Assembly: GCF_000020025.1 (NCBI RefSeq) | Contig: NC_010628.1 | Coordinates: 3,930,001-3,962,000, forward strand | Length of the DNA stretch: 32,000 bases | Direction of reading: 5' to 3' | Source: Nostoc punctiforme PCC 73102 | GTDB taxonomy: Bacteria > Cyanobacteriota > Cyanobacteriia > Cyanobacteriales > Nostocaceae | Part shown: positions 29,446 through 32,000 of the stretch, piece by piece | Layout of the letters: every line of letters starts with the position of its first letter | Numbering within the stretch: position 1 is the stretch's first letter | Program-made: the position numbers and the translations under genes | The notes under the pieces: model-generated | Databases searched by the model: none | The model's input: the letters and a program-made list of their open reading frames with translations, nothing else | Told to the model about the DNA's origin: nothing

Positions 29446-29889
29446 TTATTTAAGCTGACTGATAGGGCCTCGTGTAACGATCGTAGGATCTTCAAGAATA
29501 TTGAACTTTTTGACTACGATATTACTAATTGCTGAGTTATTTCTCATCCCAACATTGAAAATATTTTCGACATAGTTGTTCAGAGATTTTTCATCTTCAA
29601 ACAGATAAAACCCACTAGCTTCTTTGTTACCTTCATCAATTGACCAAATTTTCCAGCGCAGTCCTGGTGCTTTGGCGATACGAGGTGCAACATCCTTCAT
29701 CTGCTTTCTAAAGTCAGACGTGGAATTGTTGTATTTGAAATTAATCTGAAGGATACGACTAGAAGTTGATGGAGTTGTCTGATTTTCAGCCAATAAATTT
29801 TGCGAAGTGACACTCGTCGCACCAGCAAAAGATCCTGCTAGCCCAACTGTACCAACCACAAACATCAAGCGAAGCAATCTCAATATCAT
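29446..29889 (-). CDS. Secreted YdhR-like dimeric alpha/beta-barrel protein (putative cofactor-free monooxygenase fold)
   Basis: The ORF track begins at 29985. I call the internal ATG (plus-strand CAT 29887-29889), which gives MILRLLRLMFVVGTVGLAGSFAGA|TS, a Sec-type signal peptide. The mature part (ILQINFKYN...APGLRWKIWSIDEGNKEASGFYLFEDEKSLNNYVE...VVKKFNILEDP) parallels E. coli YdhR as I remember it (LLQLHFAFNG...[34 protein letters not shown]...). The longer start would run through the operator/promoter region. Confidence 0.65.
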   Translation of the reverse strand: MILRLLRLMFVVGTVGLAGSFAGATSVTSQNLLAENQTTPSTSSRILQINFKYNNSTSDFRKQMKDVAPRIAKAPGLRWKIWSIDEGNKEASGFYLFEDEKSLNNYVENIFNVGMRNNSAISNIVVKKFNILEDPTIVTRGPISQLK

Positions 29890-29961
29890 AGTTTTTTGCC
29901 TTTTGATCGAGATTTGGCAACATTTGAGACACAAAGGACAAAAATGTCGTGAAAAAGTACT

Positions 29962-29980
29962 ATATTGACATTGCCAATAT
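29962..29980. promoter_or_regulatory. Candidate TetR operator 1 (19-bp palindrome ATATTGAC-ATT-GCCAATAT)
   Basis: ATATTG...CAATAT arms are perfect and the 8-bp half-sites match 7/8. Lies in the 123-bp divergent intergenic region. Confidence 0.55.
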
Positions 29981-29993
29981 GACATTAAATATT
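29965..29993 (+). promoter_or_regulatory. Putative sigma70-type promoter of the TetR gene
   Basis: TTGACA (29965-29970), 17-nt spacer, AATATT (29988-29993). It would give a very short leader before the ATG at 30013. Confidence 0.4.
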
Positions 29994-30004
29994 GTCACTG
30001 TCAA
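29976..30004 (-). promoter_or_regulatory. Putative sigma70-type promoter of the YdhR-like/SRPBCC operon
   Basis: On the minus strand: TTGACA (30004-29999), 17-nt spacer, CATATT (29981-29976). Mirror image of the tetR promoter. Confidence 0.4.
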
Positions 30005-30007
30005 TAT
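29989..30007. promoter_or_regulatory. Candidate TetR operator 2 (19-bp palindrome ATATTGTC-ACT-GTCAATAT)
   Basis: Same ATATTG-N7-CAATAT architecture, centre-to-centre 27 bp from operator 1. Ends 6 nt before the tetR-like ATG. Confidence 0.55.
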
Positions 30008-30012
30008 GACCT

Positions 30013-30618
30013 ATGAAACCAAAAGATAAATATCATCACGGTAATTTACGTAACAAATTAATTGCAATTGCAACAGAACTTCTGTCAGAAGAAGGCGCTC
30101 ATAGTTTGAGTTTGCGGAAGATTTCTCAAAGAGCAGGAGTCAGTCATAACGCTCCTTATATGCACTTTGCAGATAAAGAGGCGGTTTTAGCAGCGATCGC
30201 AGAAGAAGGTTTTCGGTTGCTGTCAGCGCAAGTAGAAACAGCAGTAGATAAAGTTAATCAAAATACTAAGCAGCAGTTAATTGCCGCTAGTAGTGCATAC
30301 GTTAATTTCGCATTACAGCATTCAAATCATTTACAAGTAATGTTCTGTTACTACAATCGAGAGAAATATCCGAGTTTGATCGAGGTTTCACAGGCATCCC
30401 TAGATCAATTATTCAAAATTGTCCAAGCAGGACAGAAAGACGGAACGCTGATTGCAGGCAATCCTCACGAAATAACTAAAACAATTTGGGCATTGGTACA
30501 TGGCGTAGCAGCGATTTCTATTGCTTATGAATCAAAGATTCTACTTCCAGAAAAAAATTCAGCACAAGAGGTAGTATCAACGTTTGTGACGCTGTTGCTG
30601 AATGGATTAGCCAGATGA
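30013..30618 (+). CDS. TetR/AcrR family transcriptional regulator
   Basis: 201 aa. N-terminal HTH: LRNKLIAIATELLSEEGAHSLSLRKISQRAGVSHNAPYMHFADKEAVLAAIAEEGF. Divergent to the YdhR-like/SRPBCC operon. Confidence 0.9.
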   Translation: MKPKDKYHHGNLRNKLIAIATELLSEEGAHSLSLRKISQRAGVSHNAPYMHFADKEAVLAAIAEEGFRLLSAQVETAVDKVNQNTKQQLIAASSAYVNFALQHSNHLQVMFCYYNREKYPSLIEVSQASLDQLFKIVQAGQKDGTLIAGNPHEITKTIWALVHGVAAISIAYESKILLPEKNSAQEVVSTFVTLLLNGLAR

Positions 30619-30764
30619 AGTAACCAACCCAGGGCAAACGCATCTAAATTACTCTTGATCGCAACGAAGTTAAGAACCAACGAAAAAATCAGGATTTCGA
30701 GTTTGATTATTAGACATGTCCTTAAAACAATCATTGGCGTTGCTGAATGAAGGGATGAATTGAT

Positions 30765-31281
30765 TTATAAAAGTATGGTTTGATACTTCAAGTAGTGGAG
30801 TAATAATTTAATTGAGTATCTCAGCATTTGTTCTGATTTGGAATAACATAAAGTTTTGCGATGAAGGCGTGCAAGATAATGTCTAAGCCTTGTATTTTCA
30901 TTTTCTACCCGCGTCATATATGTTTTACTCACAATTTGGTCTCCATCGGGAATAAAACTGGGGTAAACCTTCCAGCCATCAGTTACATAGAAATAGCATT
31001 TCCACTTTTCAATATTTTCCCAAAGTGGCTTAAAAGTTTCAGCTACTTCGACTTCGCTCAGTACAAGACTATGGTCTCCTAAAACCCAAGCTAAAATACC
31101 TTGAGTAAAGTGGTTTACTGCTGTCCACAGCCAAATTTTGTTTTTTTTGACCCAACAAATGTCTCTAATTCATCTAGTTCTCCCACTTCTGGAATCACAT
31201 TTTCTTCCGGGACATCTGGCAGTTTCTCGCCCATTTGTTTCACCCAGAAAATAATAGTTGTATGACAAGACCTTTGCCAAA
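30765..31281 (-). pseudogene. IS1-family (InsB-like) transposase remnant, 5'-truncated and frameshifted
   Basis: My own minus-strand translation gives ...CHTTIIFWVKQMGEKLPDVPEENVIPEVGELDELETFVGSKK, a frame break at the A8 run (plus-strand T8, 31141-31148), then IWLWTAVNHFTQGILAWVLGD...YFYVTDGWKVYPSFIPDGDQIVSKTYMTRVENENTRLRHYLARLHRKTLCYSKSEQML...*, with the stop at 30765-30767. This parallels E. coli IS1 InsB ([22 protein letters not shown]...MTDGWPLY...[33 protein letters not shown]). One extra A would restore the frame. The N-terminal zinc-finger/HTH part is missing. Absent from the ORF track because both pieces are under 60 aa from a start codon. Confidence 0.75.
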
Positions 31282-32000
31282 TTACGAGGGTTCAACGCCT
31301 GTGGAAACGGGATGAACACGTCCCAGGTAAGTAAGCGTTGCAAAAATTTGTGCTAATAAAATAGGCTTAGGCTTTTGAGGAAGTATTTTTAACATTTCAC
31401 GGACATATCGAAAACCACGGTAATAAGCTTTCAGGTCAATAATGCCAGAACCAGGATTATGTTTACGGAAATCAGCCAGAAGATGATGGGATAAATTAAC
31501 CATGAAGAAGGCCAGATTAGCAGCATTAGTCACAGCAGTCTGGCTCAAATTCATAAAATCTTCTAAACCCCAAAATTGCTTGGCATCACGGAAGTTAAAT
31601 TCGATTTGAAAATGGAGTTTGTAGTAATCTATTATTTTGTCAAATGATAAATCTAAGCCACTGGAAAAGAGAATTACATGGTTGCGAGCATTGGTTTTAA
31701 GATTAGTTTTGACCAAAATAACTACATTCAGAGGCTGGGAAAATTCTTTGTGAAGAAGAGTAGCTTGATAAATATCAGTTTTAATTTCATCCTCAATAGC
31801 ACTTTTACATAAATATTTGTCAGGTAGATTACGATAATCTAGCTTGTCGCCGTATTGACGACGGGAGCGTTTACTGGAGTCAGGATTTTCATAAGGGACG
31901 TATAATGCTGAATCATGGCGCAACTTGGAAATTATATGCAAGTTAACTTGTCGTGCCATCCGCAAAGCATTGTTGTTACCAAAATGACCATCTACTACCA
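31282..32000 (-). CDS. IS4-family DDE transposase, N-terminus beyond the window edge
   Basis: The track ORF starts at a TTG (31965), but the frame stays open up to nt 31998, the last complete codon before the window edge at 32000 (...VVDGHFGNNNALRMARQ...), so the gene continues outside the window. The C-terminal block YYKLHFQIEFNFRDAKQ fits the IS4 Y-x2-R-x3-E-x6-K signature, with His in place of Arg. Confidence 0.8.
   Translation of the reverse strand, partial: VVDGHFGNNNALRMARQVNLHIISKLRHDSALYVPYENPDSSKRSRRQYGDKLDYRNLPDKYLCKSAIEDEIKTDIYQATLLHKEFSQPLNVVILVKTNLKTNARNHVILFSSGLDLSFDKIIDYYKLHFQIEFNFRDAKQFWGLEDFMNLSQTAVTNAANLAFFMVNLSHHLLADFRKHNPGSGIIDLKAYYRGFRYVREMLKILPQKPKPILLAQIFATLTYLGRVHPVSTGVEPS

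Larger units (their letters stand above)
30765..32000 (-). mobile_element. IS1-like remnant directly abutted by an IS4-like element (possible nested insertion)
   Basis: The IS4-like transposase stop (31282-31284) lies within about 20 nt of the point where recognisable IS1-like coding sequence begins (about 31262-31270). The IS1-like frame carries a TGA immediately upstream. I could not define the terminal inverted repeats. Confidence 0.55.

Noticed and set aside
29890-29985. An upstream extension of the YdhR-like ORF (MSYWQCQYSTFSRHFCPLCLKCCQISIKRQKT...), as given in the ORF track.
   Set aside because: The extension is Cys-rich nonsense-like sequence that runs through the palindromic operators and both -35 boxes. 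The internal ATG at 29889 yields a textbook signal peptide.
30861-31082. A 73-aa plus-strand ORF, and the 69-aa minus-strand ORF at 30525-30734.
   Set aside because: The first is antisense to the clearly recognisable IS1-like transposase frame. The second overlaps the 3' end of the TetR gene and has no motif support.
31141-31148. The homopolymer at the IS1-like frame break as a programmed ribosomal frameshift site, as in E. coli IS1 insA/insB.
   Set aside because: The break lies inside the catalytic (InsB-like) domain, next to the D-containing WLWTAVN region, rather than at an insA/insB boundary. Restoring the frame needs one extra base, which fits a slippage mutation or a homopolymer sequencing error.

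Overview
The window is almost entirely one same-strand secondary-metabolite locus. It probably comes from a heterocystous (Nostocales-type) cyanobacterium: I saw at least 30 HIP1 GCGATCGC sites by eye, STRR-like heptamer repeats and DevBC-type exporter genes. nt 1-25345 holds four consecutive cis-AT type I PKS modules (the first cut by the window edge), with reductive loops DH-KR / KR / DH-KR / DH-KR. They are followed by an NRPS termination module: docking domain, Cy-like C, A(Cys), PCP, TE. Downstream on the same strand are an ICMT/PEMT-superfamily membrane methyltransferase, a DevB-like membrane fusion protein and a DevC-like permease, but no DevA ATPase. The right flank has a minus-strand operon (signal-peptide YdhR-like protein + SRPBCC protein) placed divergently to a TetR regulator across twin 19-bp palindromes. 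Beyond that, an IS1-family transposase remnant directly abuts an IS4-family transposase gene, probably marking the locus edge. Main hunt results: (1) an apparently orphan pathway predicted to make an unbranched hydroxy-polyenoyl-cysteine or -thiazoline lipid; (2) an ICMT-type enzyme right after a Cys-terminating line, suggesting carboxyl methylation of a lipidated cysteine; (3) a Cy domain with only one Asp in the DxxxxDxxS signature; (4) a 1023-bp perfectly identical AT-domain tract shared by modules 2 and 3; (5) an in-frame GCAGGGGR octamer microsatellite in the KS-AT linkers, expanded by exactly three units in module 3. All calls rest on motif recognition by eye. No database search was possible, and domain boundaries are approximate (about +/-30 nt).
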